From positions 127,094 through 191,093 of the forward strand of contig JBJEGJ010000055.1 in NCBI GenBank assembly GCA_051874955.1: a stretch of DNA of 64,000 nucleotides, written 5' to 3'. A program made the position numbers and the translations under genes. How positions within the stretch are numbered: the stretch's first letter is position 1; each line of letters starts with the position of its first letter. This document shows, in pieces, positions 18,166 through 28,505 of this stretch. The notes below the pieces were generated by a model. That model worked only from the letters and a program-made list of their open reading frames with translations. It had not been told where the DNA came from and searched no databases. The stretch is from Candidatus Gastranaerophilaceae bacterium. Its GTDB lineage: Bacteria; Cyanobacteriota; Vampirovibrionia; Gastranaerophilales; Gastranaerophilaceae.

Positions 18166-18981
18166 ATGACTGGTAGAGTAATAGTTATTACATCCGGAAA
18201 AGGCGGAGTCGGTAAGACAACTACTAACGCAAATATCGGTACTGCACTCGCTAGAGCGGGAAATAAAGTTGTTATGGTTGATACTGATTTGGGTCTGAGA
18301 AATCTGGATTTGCTGTTGGGTTTGGAAAACAGAATTGTTTATACAATTGTTGATGTTGTGGAAGAACGCTGTAAATTAAAACAAGCCCTTGTTAAAGATA
18401 AGAAAAATCCTAATTTGTGCTTGTTGGCTGCGGCACAGACAAGAGATAAAACTTCTGTTACGGAAGAACAGTTGAAAGATATTTGTAACAAGCTGAAAAA
18501 AGATTTTGATTTTATTTTGGTAGATTGTCCGGCGGGTATTGAACAAGGATTTCAAAATGCTGTTGCAGGTGCATCTGAAGCAATTGTTGTTACAACCCCT
18601 GAGATGTCTGCTGTTCGTGATGCGGATAGAATTATCGGATTGTTGGAAGCAAGAGAGGAAATTAAATCTTACAAATTGCTTTTGAACAGAGTAAGACCTA
18701 ATTTAATCAAATCAAATGATATGATGAGTGTAGAAGATGTTGTTGAAATTTTGTCAGCTGACTTGATTGGTATTATTCCTGAAGATACAGGCATTATTAC
18801 CTCAACAAACAAAGGTGAACCTATTGTCAATGATGAAAAATCACTTGCGGGTAAAGCGTATAACAATGTCGCAAAACGTATAATGGGCGAAGAAGTTCCG
18901 TTTTTAGATTTGGAGGAAGACTCCGGTGTTCTTTCAAAGGTTAAAAAATTCTTCTCGAACCTGATAGGTAAGGAGAAGTAA
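18166..18981 (+). CDS. minD: Septum site-determining ATPase MinD
   Basis: Deviant Walker A SGKGGVGKTT, and a C-terminal amphipathic helix KVKKFFSNLIGK. Confidence 0.95.
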   Translation: MTGRVIVITSGKGGVGKTTTNANIGTALARAGNKVVMVDTDLGLRNLDLLLGLENRIVYTIVDVVEERCKLKQALVKDKKNPNLCLLAAAQTRDKTSVTEEQLKDICNKLKKDFDFILVDCPAGIEQGFQNAVAGASEAIVVTTPEMSAVRDADRIIGLLEAREEIKSYKLLLNRVRPNLIKSNDMMSVEDVVEILSADLIGIIPEDTGIITSTNKGEPIVNDEKSLAGKAYNNVAKRIMGEEVPFLDLEEDSGVLSKVKKFFSNLIGKEK

Positions 18982-18982
18982 A

Positions 18983-19474
18983 ATGGCGGAAAATATTTTA
19001 AAAGAATTATGTAACAGACTTTTGAGCTTGTTTAGACAGACGGAAGCAAAGGAAGAAAACGCTAAAGAAGTGGCTTGCAACAGATTACGTGTTGTATTGA
19101 TGCAGGATAGGACTAATTTAACTCCTGAATTGTTGCAGCGTATGCGCCGTGAGTTGGTTGAACTTCTTTCAAAGTATGTTGAAATGGATAAGGAAGCATT
19201 GGAATTAAATTTTGACCAAGATGGTGATCAAATGGCTTTGATGCTTTCAATTCCGGTAATCAGAGCAAAAGATGAGGCTGAAATTGAAGATGCACTAAAA
19301 TCTGAGGAAGATGATGATGAATTAGAAGATGATGTAGAAGATGATGAGGAGGATTCTGATAATTCTGATGAAAATGCTCAAGAAGATGAAGCCGAAGAAG
19401 AAGAAATTTCAGAAGATGAAATAGAAAAGGAAGATGAAAATTTGAGTGAAGATGAAAACTCTGATAAAGAGTAA
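18983..19474 (+). CDS. minE: Cell division topological specificity factor MinE with a long poly-acidic C-terminal extension
   Basis: Its position after minD and a MinE-like core (NRLRVVLMQDR...LSIPV). The last ~65 aa are almost entirely D/E/S. Confidence 0.8.
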   Translation: MAENILKELCNRLLSLFRQTEAKEENAKEVACNRLRVVLMQDRTNLTPELLQRMRRELVELLSKYVEMDKEALELNFDQDGDQMALMLSIPVIRAKDEAEIEDALKSEEDDDELEDDVEDDEEDSDNSDENAQEDEAEEEEISEDEIEKEDENLSEDENSDKE

Positions 19475-19500
19475 TTTTTATCTGTTCAACAATATTATTA

Positions 19501-19530
19501 ATGCGGAATTTGTATTTACAAATTCCGCAT
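19501..19530. terminator. Hairpin between convergent minE and aroC
   Basis: ATGCGGAATTTGTA/TACAAATTCCGCAT inverted repeat. The flanking T/A runs are weak. Confidence 0.5.
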
Positions 19531-19552
19531 AATTTGTTTATGAATAGGATTT

Positions 19553-20608
19553 TTATATTTTATAATTGTGTTTTAATTCTTCAATTGTGTCAGAACCGTA
19601 CTTTAACAAAATTTCGTCGGCTAAAATCCAAGCAATTCTTGCTTCTGCGACAATAGAACACGCTTCGACCGCGCAAACATCCGAACGCTCAAAGTGGGCT
19701 TCGGTTTCTTCAAGTGTTTTGCTGTCAACAGTTTTTAACGGTGTTCTCATTGTTGGTATCGGTTTCATAACGGCAGATACCAAAAGTTCTTCACCGTTAG
19801 ACATTCCGCCCTCAATTCCGCCGGCATGGTTTGTTTTATGTTTAATTTCCCCATTTTGATTATAAATCTCATCATGGTATAAGCTGCCTTGATATCCGAG
19901 TGGGTTTGTACCGATTTCTACGACTTTGACTGCAGGAATACTCATTACCGCTTGCGCCAAACGCCCGTCTAAACCCCTATCCCAATGAACGAATGAACCA
20001 AGTCCGACAGGAAGGTTTTTGTAAGACACTACAAATTTTCCGCCTAGCGTATCACCTTTTTCTCGCGTTGCGTCAATTTCTTCTTTGAAATTTTCTTCAC
20101 AACATGCCGAACCTATTTGGGTAACTTTTGAAAAACATGTAATATTAAGTTCTTTCAAAAGTAATTTTGCGACTGCGCCGACGGCAACTTCAATTGCGGT
20201 TTTTCTGGCACTTGAGCGCTCAAGGATGTTTCTCAAATCTTTTTGGCGGTATTTAATACTTCCCGCAAAATCAGCATGTCCGGGACGGAATGTTGAAAAA
20301 GATTTTTCATCGCTTATGTCTTGGGGAGAAATACTCATAATTTTTTTCCAAGTTTCAAAATCACGGTTTTGAATAACAAGTGTAATCGGTGAACCGAGAG
20401 TTTTTCCAAATCTGACACCTGAGGTTATTTCTACGGTATCATTTTCTATTTTCATTCTCTCTCCGCGTCCGTAACCTTGTTGACGGCGTTTGAGTTCATT
20501 GTTTATAAATTCGGTATCAATTGTTATTCCCGCAGGTACTCCTTCAATTATTGCTGTTAGGCACTTTCCGTGACTTTCGCCTGCTGTTAAAAATCTGAAT
20601 TTTTTCAT
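19553..20608 (-). CDS. aroC: Chorismate synthase
   Basis: MKKFRFLTAGESHGKCLTAIIEGVPAG plus GRGERMKIE and RSSARKTA motifs. Confidence 0.95.
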   Translation of the reverse strand: MKKFRFLTAGESHGKCLTAIIEGVPAGITIDTEFINNELKRRQQGYGRGERMKIENDTVEITSGVRFGKTLGSPITLVIQNRDFETWKKIMSISPQDISDEKSFSTFRPGHADFAGSIKYRQKDLRNILERSSARKTAIEVAVGAVAKLLLKELNITCFSKVTQIGSACCEENFKEEIDATREKGDTLGGKFVVSYKNLPVGLGSFVHWDRGLDGRLAQAVMSIPAVKVVEIGTNPLGYQGSLYHDEIYNQNGEIKHKTNHAGGIEGGMSNGEELLVSAVMKPIPTMRTPLKTVDSKTLEETEAHFERSDVCAVEACSIVAEARIAWILADEILLKYGSDTIEELKHNYKI

Positions 20609-21087
20609 TCTGCTTCCTTATCTTTGTGATTTAAAAATGCTTGGACTTTTGTCTGCATCATTTCTTCTCTAATTTTTAATCCTGAATCGGTTTCTTGTAC
20701 AATTTGGTACATTTTCAGCCAATACGTTTCTTTTGACGGTTGGCGTTCTGCGCTAATTTTTATACCGTTTGGTATTTTTTCTGCTGTAATGTTTCGATAT
20801 TTGTTTTTGTACTTTCTAAGTTTAGCAGTTTTTTGTCCGATTTTCAATTCTTTAAAATATCTTTTGGCAGGAACTACAATTCTTTCTTTTTCGCCTGTAG
20901 GTTTTACAACTTCTCGGATAATTTTGGCATCCGGTGCGTATAATTGAAGCAGGTTTTCATTGTATGTGTTGGCATAAGTTGTGTATTTGTTAAAAAAATC
21001 CAGTCCTTCTTGGGATGTTTTTGCATACACATCCGAAAATGTTATTATTATACCGATTATTGGAATTATTATTGATAATTTTTTCAT
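20605..21087 (-). CDS. Secreted hypothetical protein (signal peptide, possibly NTF2/SnoaL-like)
   Basis: Hydrophobic N-terminal leader MKKLSIIIPIIGIIITFSDVYA. It has a 4-nt overlap with the aroC start. Confidence 0.6.
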   Translation of the reverse strand: MKKLSIIIPIIGIIITFSDVYAKTSQEGLDFFNKYTTYANTYNENLLQLYAPDAKIIREVVKPTGEKERIVVPAKRYFKELKIGQKTAKLRKYKNKYRNITAEKIPNGIKISAERQPSKETYWLKMYQIVQETDSGLKIREEMMQTKVQAFLNHKDKEAE

Positions 21088-21183
21088 AATTTCCTCCCGA
21101 ATATAATTTACGGAAACAGAATGTATTTTTCACTATTCAATCGGGTAGATTTATTTAACGGTTTTTTGTAAAATAAAGTTATT

Positions 21184-21570
21184 ATGAAAAGAGTTTTAAT
21201 AGTTGATGATGTTCCCGGTTGGGTAATATTTCACAAAAATAACATTGAGTATCTAAATATTGAAGGGATTGAGATAGATACTGCAAATAGTGCACGAGAG
21301 GCTTTGAATAAAATTGAGGCTGCAATTGATGCTCCTTATGATGTTATTTTTACGGATATGCAAATGGAAAGTGATTTTTTGCCGATGCTTGCGGGTGAAT
21401 GGTTAATAAGACAGATAAAAACTTATGATAAGTATTATAAAAATTCAAAAATAGTTATTGTTTCCGCCTCTCCGTTGATTAAACAAATTGTACAGCGCAA
21501 CGGAGTTCTCTGTTTGCCGAAAGCGGTTGTCAGAAATTCTGATTCCGAAATTTATCGCGATTTTTTATAA
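21184..21570 (+). CDS. Stand-alone response-regulator receiver (CheY-like) protein
   Basis: VLIVDD at the N-terminus, the phospho-acceptor context VIFTDMQM, and a conserved K (LPKAV). There is no output domain. Confidence 0.75.
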   Translation: MKRVLIVDDVPGWVIFHKNNIEYLNIEGIEIDTANSAREALNKIEAAIDAPYDVIFTDMQMESDFLPMLAGEWLIRQIKTYDKYYKNSKIVIVSASPLIKQIVQRNGVLCLPKAVVRNSDSEIYRDFL

Positions 21571-22275
21571 TGTTGTGTTAAAAAACTCTTTAGCACTCAA
21601 GTTTCCGCCGTTTCGCCCTATGCCGTTTTGGGTTACGTCAATTGAATATGCCCCAAGATTTAGTGCTTTGAGGGTATTATTTAGTGCCATTTGCATGTTA
21701 TTGTGTCCGTGAAAACTTATTTTTTCAAAACCGAGTATTTTAAATTTATTATAATAATTTTCAACTTCGTTTGGAGTAATTTTCCCGTAAGTATCCGCAA
21801 AATACAAACTTTCCAAAATATCTTTATTTTGCCATTCAAAAAGTGCCAAATAACCTTCTGTATCAATATTTGTGACATCCATCAATTGTATAAAAATGTG
21901 ATATCCCAGAGATTTTAAGTATTCTGCCGTTGCTAATGTTTTTTTTATGTCTTCGGGGTGACAGGCAATACGTATAAAATCCAAACAGTCATTTTCAGCC
22001 CCCGCAAAATCATTTTCAGAGTACCTTTTTATATCTGTCATAATTCCAATTTGCAGGTTGCCTTTTACTTTATAAAATTTTTCAAGAATTTGCGGCGTAC
22101 AATTATAAAATTTACCTTTTTCGGCTGTTTCATAATGGTTTCGGTAGCCGATTTCGCAGTAGGTAATTTTTGAATTGTTTAATGTTTTTATTAAATCAAT
22201 TACGTATTCGTCTTCAAAATTCCAGTTTGTAATATGACCGCCGTCGCGAATTGTGCAATCTAAAATCTTAACCAT
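21565..22275 (-). CDS. HMGL-like (pyruvate carboxyltransferase/aldolase TIM-barrel) protein
   Basis: ILDCTIRDGG at the N-terminus and the metal ligand context SFHGHNN. Confidence 0.7.
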   Translation of the reverse strand: MVKILDCTIRDGGHITNWNFEDEYVIDLIKTLNNSKITYCEIGYRNHYETAEKGKFYNCTPQILEKFYKVKGNLQIGIMTDIKRYSENDFAGAENDCLDFIRIACHPEDIKKTLATAEYLKSLGYHIFIQLMDVTNIDTEGYLALFEWQNKDILESLYFADTYGKITPNEVENYYNKFKILGFEKISFHGHNNMQMALNNTLKALNLGAYSIDVTQNGIGRNGGNLSAKEFFNTTL

Positions 22276-22391
22276 ATATGAATAATATCATAAGAATAGT
22301 TATTTTGTTTTTATTATTTGCCGTAGTGGATAATTTATTTAAAATTTTTATCGGTCAAACATGTTTTTGTCAGAAGATAGGAGTTTAAATC

Positions 22392-23246
22392 ATGAAAAGT
22401 ATTTACAAATCAGAAATTGCAAATATGAAAAGTTTTAATAATTTATTTATCGAAATGAGTGCAAAAAATTGTAATCAGCGCTGTAAACATTGTTTTATAG
22501 ATTTTCCAAAATATAAAAAAGAAGCGGATTTTATCAGTATAGATATTATTAAGCAAGCACTTAATGATACAACATGTGAGCCGTTAGAGTGTATTTACCT
22601 AACAGGTGCCGAACCGATGACACATCCTGATTTTAATTCTGTTTTGAGATTGTGTCTAAAACGTACAAATGTTTGTATTTGTACAAACGGTTCTTTTATC
22701 AATGAGAAAAAAGCTCGTTTTTTGAAAAAAGTTGAAGATGAATCTTCAAATGAAATAATATTTAAAATCAGTATGGATCATTTTGATGAAGTAAAAAATG
22801 ATGATATTCGCTATCGGGGAGCATACAGGCATGCTCTTTTTGCAATTAAGCATCTTGTAAAGTATAGTTTTAATCCGATAATTGTTTTTACAAATTATTA
22901 TAATTTGCCTATTGAAGAAATTTATGACGGATTTAAGCAAGTTTTTTCAAGAAATTCTCTTGATTTAGATTGTTCTAATATTCAAATTAATCCTTATCAT
23001 GACGTAAATTCAAAACATGAAGGTGAAGTCTGCGGGAAATGGGAAAAATTGGATTGTGAATATGGGCGGATTTTAACTGCAACAGGAGTTTATACTTGTC
23101 CGTTTTTAGCTAATGATTATCGCGGGCGATGCGGGAGTTCCTTTGAGGACTATAATACAAAAAGCTCGCTTGAAACGAGCTTTTGTAATACTTGTATAAA
23201 GGCTAAAAAACAAATTTTTGCAATTGATTTTTCACAATTTGAATAA
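22392..23246 (+). CDS. Radical SAM protein with a C-terminal Cys-rich (SPASM-like) region
   Basis: CNQRCKHC (CxxxCxxC) plus C-terminal CPF...C...CNTC. Confidence 0.8.
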   Translation: MKSIYKSEIANMKSFNNLFIEMSAKNCNQRCKHCFIDFPKYKKEADFISIDIIKQALNDTTCEPLECIYLTGAEPMTHPDFNSVLRLCLKRTNVCICTNGSFINEKKARFLKKVEDESSNEIIFKISMDHFDEVKNDDIRYRGAYRHALFAIKHLVKYSFNPIIVFTNYYNLPIEEIYDGFKQVFSRNSLDLDCSNIQINPYHDVNSKHEGEVCGKWEKLDCEYGRILTATGVYTCPFLANDYRGRCGSSFEDYNTKSSLETSFCNTCIKAKKQIFAIDFSQFE

Positions 23247-23834
23247 TTACTTTTTAGCGTATAATTTAACTTTGAAGTTAATTAATAATATTCTCTTATT
23301 CTTTTTATAAGGGACAATTTCAACTGACTGCAGGTCAATGAAGTGTTCATGTTTGTACATTTCTTTCAGGAAATTGTCGTAATTTGAATAATTACCAACC
23401 ATTTCCATATTGAGTCTTGCAACATTGTACTTACTTCCGTCACCTTGTACAAACGCGTCATCAGGCGGATCATAATCATATTTGATTGACCTGACTTTAA
23501 TTTGATTTGCTCTAATCAGTTGCAAAATTTCTGCAAATTCTCCGGCAATAACAGCTTCCGTATCTAAACCTTGATCAATAGGTTTGTAGAAAGGTTTGCC
23601 TGCTTGAGCAGATTCTTTTTCTTTCTTTGCATTTTCTGCTTCTTGTCTTTTATATTCTTCCAGTGTATTTTGTTTTTGTTGTAACAGTTGAGTTTTTTGT
23701 TCAATCTCAGCCTTAAGTGATGTTGCACTTTGATTATTCTCGATGATTTTGGGTGCAGTATAGGCTACTCCCGCAACAGTAAGAACTACTAAAGCTATCG
23801 GTACTATAAATTGTTTTAATTTTTCACTATCCAT
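23247..23834 (-). CDS. PilO-like type IV pilus assembly protein
   Basis: N-terminal TM segment, coiled coil, then a C-terminal alpha/beta domain. It lies immediately downstream of the PilM-PilN fusion. Confidence 0.6.
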   Translation of the reverse strand: MDSEKLKQFIVPIALVVLTVAGVAYTAPKIIENNQSATSLKAEIEQKTQLLQQKQNTLEEYKRQEAENAKKEKESAQAGKPFYKPIDQGLDTEAVIAGEFAEILQLIRANQIKVRSIKYDYDPPDDAFVQGDGSKYNVARLNMEMVGNYSNYDNFLKEMYKHEHFIDLQSVEIVPYKKNKRILLINFKVKLYAKK

Positions 23835-23864
23835 ATATTTTATCCTTTAATAGAGGTTTGGTTA

Positions 23865-25571
23865 CTATTCTGAATCAGACTGATTATCGGACTCTTCTGA
23901 AGATTTTTTGTTTTTTGATGATTTGCTACTGTCTGATTCTTTTTCATCAGAGTTGTTATCAGAGGCTTTTCCTGCCAGTTTGTTCATAAACGCTTTGAGT
24001 TGATCATCACTCATATTAGTAATTTCAAAGATATATGGCGCAGTATCAACTGTTGAAATAGTACTGTTTACGACTTTATCCAAAGAACCGGCTTTCAAAT
24101 CAAGTTTGCTAAGACGTAATTGTGATTCTGTTAAAGAATCTTTTAGGTTTTTGAAAAATACATATACATCTTCAACCGAATCGGCGCAACCTTTAACATT
24201 AATTCTTCCGTCATCTCCGGTTAAAAAGTAGGTTAAATAAAGGTTTTCAGGAATTGACTCTCCCAAAGCTGCGTATGCTTGAATTTTTGTTCTGTTGTTT
24301 TTCAAAACTTTTTCTATTTCTGCAACAGGATCAAATACTTTTTCTTCAGGTTTGTTTTGATAAGCCTTCAATTCCGCTTCAACTTGCTCAATTTGGGTAC
24401 TTAACTCCGTAACTTTTGCCTGATTTTGGGTAACCTGATTTGATGTGAAATAATATAATCCACCAACCGGAGCCATAACAATTACCAGCAAAATAAGCGC
24501 AAGAACGATTGCTTTTGCAGGTGTAAGTTCGTATACCTGTCCGCCGCCCATTTGAATTTCAAAACTTGCAACCTGAGTTTGTGCTTTTCCTCCGGTAGAT
24601 AAGAAATTCACATCAACAGGTATCATGCCGGCAGGTGTCATTGCACCAATAGCGTGTAATGAAACTTTAATTTGATCTTCTTGAAGAATGTTCAAGCTCA
24701 TTTCCATTAAAGGTTCTTTGCGGAATTGGTTATCATCTACATATAATTTTTGTCCGCCAAACTGTAAACGGCTTGCCAAAATCTCAGCAGAAACCAAGTC
24801 AGTTTCGGAAAGAATGATTAATGAACTTGACGGGGTACTCATCAAGGCTATTTGAGCAGCATTTTCAATTGCAGAATAAACTTCTTCGCCTTCATACGAT
24901 TTCAACGGTAAAGCTTCTTCATAGTATTCAAGTATTCTTTTGCCTTGCATACCAAGCATTTGGAAACCGTTGTTGTTAATTATCATAAAGCTCCAAGAAT
25001 GCCCGTCCATCATTTGTTCTGCGGCAATTCCAGTTGTGCATAAACCTTTTAAATCCGCGAATAAAGAACATTCTACGCTGACTAAATTTGCTCCCATTGA
25101 GGTGAGAACTTCTGTTATTTGGTCAATAGCTTCTTTTTGTACGGCTGAGTAAAATACGTTTCTTGAATCAGAATTTGTGGAAGCTAAAGCGTCAAACCAA
25201 AAAGGCATTGGCTCTTTACGCTTGAATACAAATGTTTGCTCTAATTCACCAATAACAACGTTTGTAATTGCATTGTCATCTAAAAGTAACGGCAAACCCT
25301 CTTTTGAGCCAAACCAAACAGTTGGAACACTTAAGTGTATATTTGCCTTAGCAGGATTAATATTTCTCATTTGAAACAGAGTTGTTAACCCGTCTTTAAA
25401 ATCCTGATAGTTTGCAATTTCTCTTTGTGCTTCATTATAATCTAACGCCATCTGAGCATAGGACTTAACGTTTCCGTGCTTGTCCGTTGTAATCATTTCA
25501 AGACCACAAGCAGGCGAAACCGTAACGTATACGTCTATTCCTCCACCCATTCCAAATATACTGTCTAACAT
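23865..25571 (-). CDS. PilM-PilN fusion protein (actin-like ATPase fold + TM + PilN domain) with an acidic Ser-rich tail
   Basis: About 360-aa cytoplasmic PilM-like part, a single TM (IVLALILLVIVMAPVGGLYYF), coiled coil, then a PilN-like IPENLYLTYFLTGDDGRINVKG. The tail is SDNNSDEKESDSSKS... Confidence 0.65.
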   Translation of the reverse strand: MLDSIFGMGGGIDVYVTVSPACGLEMITTDKHGNVKSYAQMALDYNEAQREIANYQDFKDGLTTLFQMRNINPAKANIHLSVPTVWFGSKEGLPLLLDDNAITNVVIGELEQTFVFKRKEPMPFWFDALASTNSDSRNVFYSAVQKEAIDQITEVLTSMGANLVSVECSLFADLKGLCTTGIAAEQMMDGHSWSFMIINNNGFQMLGMQGKRILEYYEEALPLKSYEGEEVYSAIENAAQIALMSTPSSSLIILSETDLVSAEILASRLQFGGQKLYVDDNQFRKEPLMEMSLNILQEDQIKVSLHAIGAMTPAGMIPVDVNFLSTGGKAQTQVASFEIQMGGGQVYELTPAKAIVLALILLVIVMAPVGGLYYFTSNQVTQNQAKVTELSTQIEQVEAELKAYQNKPEEKVFDPVAEIEKVLKNNRTKIQAYAALGESIPENLYLTYFLTGDDGRINVKGCADSVEDVYVFFKNLKDSLTESQLRLSKLDLKAGSLDKVVNSTISTVDTAPYIFEITNMSDDQLKAFMNKLAGKASDNNSDEKESDSSKSSKNKKSSEESDNQSDSE

Positions 25572-25681
25572 ATTTTCCTTTTACTCGTCTTACTATTATC
25601 TTATTTTTATTATACAATATATTTTATAAATGAAAAAATCTTAACATAAATTTACACCGAACGGAGGATTAAAAGTATAAG

Positions 25682-26590
25682 ATGGACGCTATTGTCGAAA
25701 GAATAAATAAGTTAAAGAGAGAAAAAAATGCTGTTATTTTGGCACATTGTTATCAACCGGTAGAGATTGATTTAGTTGCCGATTATGTAGGAGATTCTTT
25801 GTATTTGAGTCAGGTTGCAGCAAAAACTGATGCGCAGATTATAGTTTTTGCCGGAGTTTTCTTTATGGCACAAACCGCCAAAATTCTTTCTCCCGATAAA
25901 AAGGTATTATTGCCTCAAATCAATGCAGGGTGCAGAATGGCTGATATGATTGATTATAAACAATTACTTGAATTTAAATCAAAACATGCGGGTATTCCTG
26001 TAGTGTGTTATGTAAATTCAACGGCAGAAGTGAAATCCGAGTGTGATATGTGTTGTACGAGTTCAAATGTGGTTAAAATAGTTAAGAGTTTAAATGCGCC
26101 AAAAATATTATTTCTTCCTGATACCTATCTTGGGAAATGGGTCGAAAAGCAACTTGGAAATGTTGAAGTTATTACTTATCCCGGATTTTGCCCGACGCAT
26201 TTGCATATAAGACCCGAAGATATTACTAATGCACGGAAACAACATCCGCAAGCATTGGTTTTGGCTCATCCTGAGTGTCACAATTCCGTTTCTCAAATGG
26301 CGGATTATGTCGGAAGCACTACAGGAATTATGAAATTTGCCAAAGAAAGTTCTCATAAATCCTTTATAATTGCGACAGAACAAGGGGTTGTGGATAGATT
26401 AAAACGTGATTATCCGGAAAAAGAATTTATCCCTGTTAAAGATAATATAATTTGTCCGAATATGAAAATGACTTCTTTGGAAGATATTTTACAAGTTTTG
26501 GAAAACGAAAATAACGAAATTAATGTCGATGTTGAAATTGCTAAAAAAGCCGTGAAATGTATAGACAGAATGTTGGAGGCTTCAAAATAA
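25682..26590 (+). CDS. nadA: Quinolinate synthase NadA
   Basis: ILAHCYQ, FMAQTAKIL, VCYVNS and HPEC motifs. Confidence 0.95.
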   Translation: MDAIVERINKLKREKNAVILAHCYQPVEIDLVADYVGDSLYLSQVAAKTDAQIIVFAGVFFMAQTAKILSPDKKVLLPQINAGCRMADMIDYKQLLEFKSKHAGIPVVCYVNSTAEVKSECDMCCTSSNVVKIVKSLNAPKILFLPDTYLGKWVEKQLGNVEVITYPGFCPTHLHIRPEDITNARKQHPQALVLAHPECHNSVSQMADYVGSTTGIMKFAKESSHKSFIIATEQGVVDRLKRDYPEKEFIPVKDNIICPNMKMTSLEDILQVLENENNEINVDVEIAKKAVKCIDRMLEASK

Positions 26591-26592
26591 TT

Positions 26593-27345
26593 ATGGAAAA
26601 TAATGATGTAATATTTGGGAAAAATGCCGTAACGGAGGCTTTAATATCAGGTAACCGAGAAATTAATAAAATTCTCATTTCAAAAAATATTCATACCGAT
26701 AATAAAATTGCCCGAATAAAAGAACTTGCATCAGAAAGGGGTATTGTTTTTCAATTTGTCGGCAGGGAGAAATTTCAGCCTTATGATGAGTTCAATCATC
26801 AGGGAGTAATTGCTCAAATTTCACCGATAAAATATATGGATTTAGATGAGTTTTTGCAGTCAAAAAGTCATACAAATTCTTCATTAGTGATTTTAGACGG
26901 CGTGGAGGATGTTCATAATCTTGGCGCAATAGTAAGAACTTGTGTTTGTGCGGGTGTTGACGGTATCATAATACCTTCGCGCAGAAATGTTCAGGTTAAT
27001 TCAACGGTTGAAAAAACAAGTGCCGGTGCGATTAATCATATCCCGATAATAAAAGTAAACAGTTTGGTTAATGCTGTTCAAACTTTAAAGGATAACAACT
27101 GGTGGGTAATTGCAACGGATGCATCTGCAAAAGATAATTATTACGATGTTAAATATAATGATATGAATTTTGCAATAATTATGGGTGCTGAGCATGCCGG
27201 AGTTTCAAAATCTTTACTCAAACAGTCGGATTTTGTTATCAAAATACCTATGCAAAACAGTTTTAATTCTTTAAATGTTTCTAATGCGCTTAGTGCGATA
27301 ATTTTTGAAGCTCTCAGACAAAAGTTGACTAAAAAATGTAAATAA
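26593..27345 (+). CDS. rlmB: TrmH/SpoU family 23S rRNA 2'-O-ribose methyltransferase (RlmB-like)
   Basis: GKNAVTEAL N-terminal domain plus SpoU motifs (LDGVEDVHNLGAIVRT, IIMGAEHAGVS, SLNVSNA). ATG 26593 follows the nadA stop. Confidence 0.88.
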   Translation: MENNDVIFGKNAVTEALISGNREINKILISKNIHTDNKIARIKELASERGIVFQFVGREKFQPYDEFNHQGVIAQISPIKYMDLDEFLQSKSHTNSSLVILDGVEDVHNLGAIVRTCVCAGVDGIIIPSRRNVQVNSTVEKTSAGAINHIPIIKVNSLVNAVQTLKDNNWWVIATDASAKDNYYDVKYNDMNFAIIMGAEHAGVSKSLLKQSDFVIKIPMQNSFNSLNVSNALSAIIFEALRQKLTKKCK

Positions 27346-27410
27346 TATAATCAGATGACCCCAAAAAAGTTTGCATATTGTATCATAATCTAATAGAATA
27401 GGAGCAAACC

Positions 27411-28427
27411 GTGAAAAAAGAATTTGAGCAATTTGGCATATTGACGGATGATATTTCTGATGAAAATGTTGATTTTAACAAGTTACAGGAGGCAGGGTCT
27501 GTCGAAGATGAAGATGGCGAGGATGTTTTAAAATCCGTTGCGGATCCTAAGGTTCAGGAAAGTTTGTTGTCAGTAAATTCGGATGACAGCGTTAAAATTT
27601 ATTTAAGACAAATCGGCAAAATCCCGTTATTGTCTGCGGAAGAAGAACTTGAGTTAGCAAAACGTATTCAAGATAATCGTGATGAATTTGCAAAAGATGT
27701 TTTGGTGAATGCTAATTTGCGTTTGGTTGTGAGTATTGCAAAAAAATACATTGGCAGAGGTTTATCGTTTTTGGATCTTATTCAAGAAGGCAATGTAGGG
27801 TTAATTAAAGCTGCGGGCAGATTTGATTACAAAAAAGGTTACAAGTTTTCGACTTATGCAACATGGTGGATTCAACAGTCGATAACTCGTGCAATTGCCG
27901 ATAAAGCAAGAATTATACGATTACCTATTCACATGATAGATTCTATCGGAAAAATCAGAAGGGCAACCATTGATTTAACAACAGAACTCGGTCATCCGCC
28001 GACAAAACAAGAAATAGCGTATCGTTTAGGATTTCCTGTATCTAAGCTGACGGCTATTATAAAATCTGCACAGTCGACGGTTAGTATGGATACTCCGGCA
28101 TCAGCAGATGAAGATGCTTCTAAAATTGCCGATTTTATTGTTGATAATTCGACAATAACTCCTGACGGCAAGGTTACTCACGATAATCTTTTAGAAGATA
28201 TAAGACAAATTCTTAACCAATTAAGCCAAAAAGAAAGAGATGTTTTAATTTTGCGTTATGGATTGGATAATAACGGAATGAAAAAAACTTTGGATGAAAT
28301 TGGTTCTCAATATGGTGTTTCGCGTGAAAGAATACGACAAATTGAAAACCGTGCGATTTCTAAGTTGAAAAAACTCTGTAAGGATGAAAAATTACACGAA
28401 GGTTTGATTAATTATTTTGGCGGATAG
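27411..28427 (+). CDS. rpoD: Primary-type sigma-70 factor (RpoD/SigA family)
   Basis: Region 1.2 (VKIYLRQIG), region 2 ([12 protein letters not shown]...[16 protein letters not shown]), region 3, and region 4 ([20 protein letters not shown]). GTG start. Confidence 0.93.
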   Translation: MKKEFEQFGILTDDISDENVDFNKLQEAGSVEDEDGEDVLKSVADPKVQESLLSVNSDDSVKIYLRQIGKIPLLSAEEELELAKRIQDNRDEFAKDVLVNANLRLVVSIAKKYIGRGLSFLDLIQEGNVGLIKAAGRFDYKKGYKFSTYATWWIQQSITRAIADKARIIRLPIHMIDSIGKIRRATIDLTTELGHPPTKQEIAYRLGFPVSKLTAIIKSAQSTVSMDTPASADEDASKIADFIVDNSTITPDGKVTHDNLLEDIRQILNQLSQKERDVLILRYGLDNNGMKKTLDEIGSQYGVSRERIRQIENRAISKLKKLCKDEKLHEGLINYFGG

Positions 28428-28455
28428 GGAGTGATATCAACTCCCTATATTTTTT
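28424..28455 (+). terminator. Rho-independent terminator after rpoD
   Basis: ATAGGGAGT/ACTCCCTAT stem followed by ATTTTTT. Confidence 0.8.
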
Positions 28456-28478
28456 GTAAAATAATTTTTATTATTAAT

Positions 28479-28505
28479 TAAAGTTTTTTAATTTTATGCC
28501 GTATA
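28479..28505 (+). promoter_or_regulatory. Sigma-28 (FliA)-type promoter
   Basis: TAAAGTTT (28479-28486), an 11-nt spacer, then GCCGTATA (28498-28505). Established consensus: TAAAGTTT-N11-GCCGATAA. The architecture is the same as at 51798. Confidence 0.6.
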
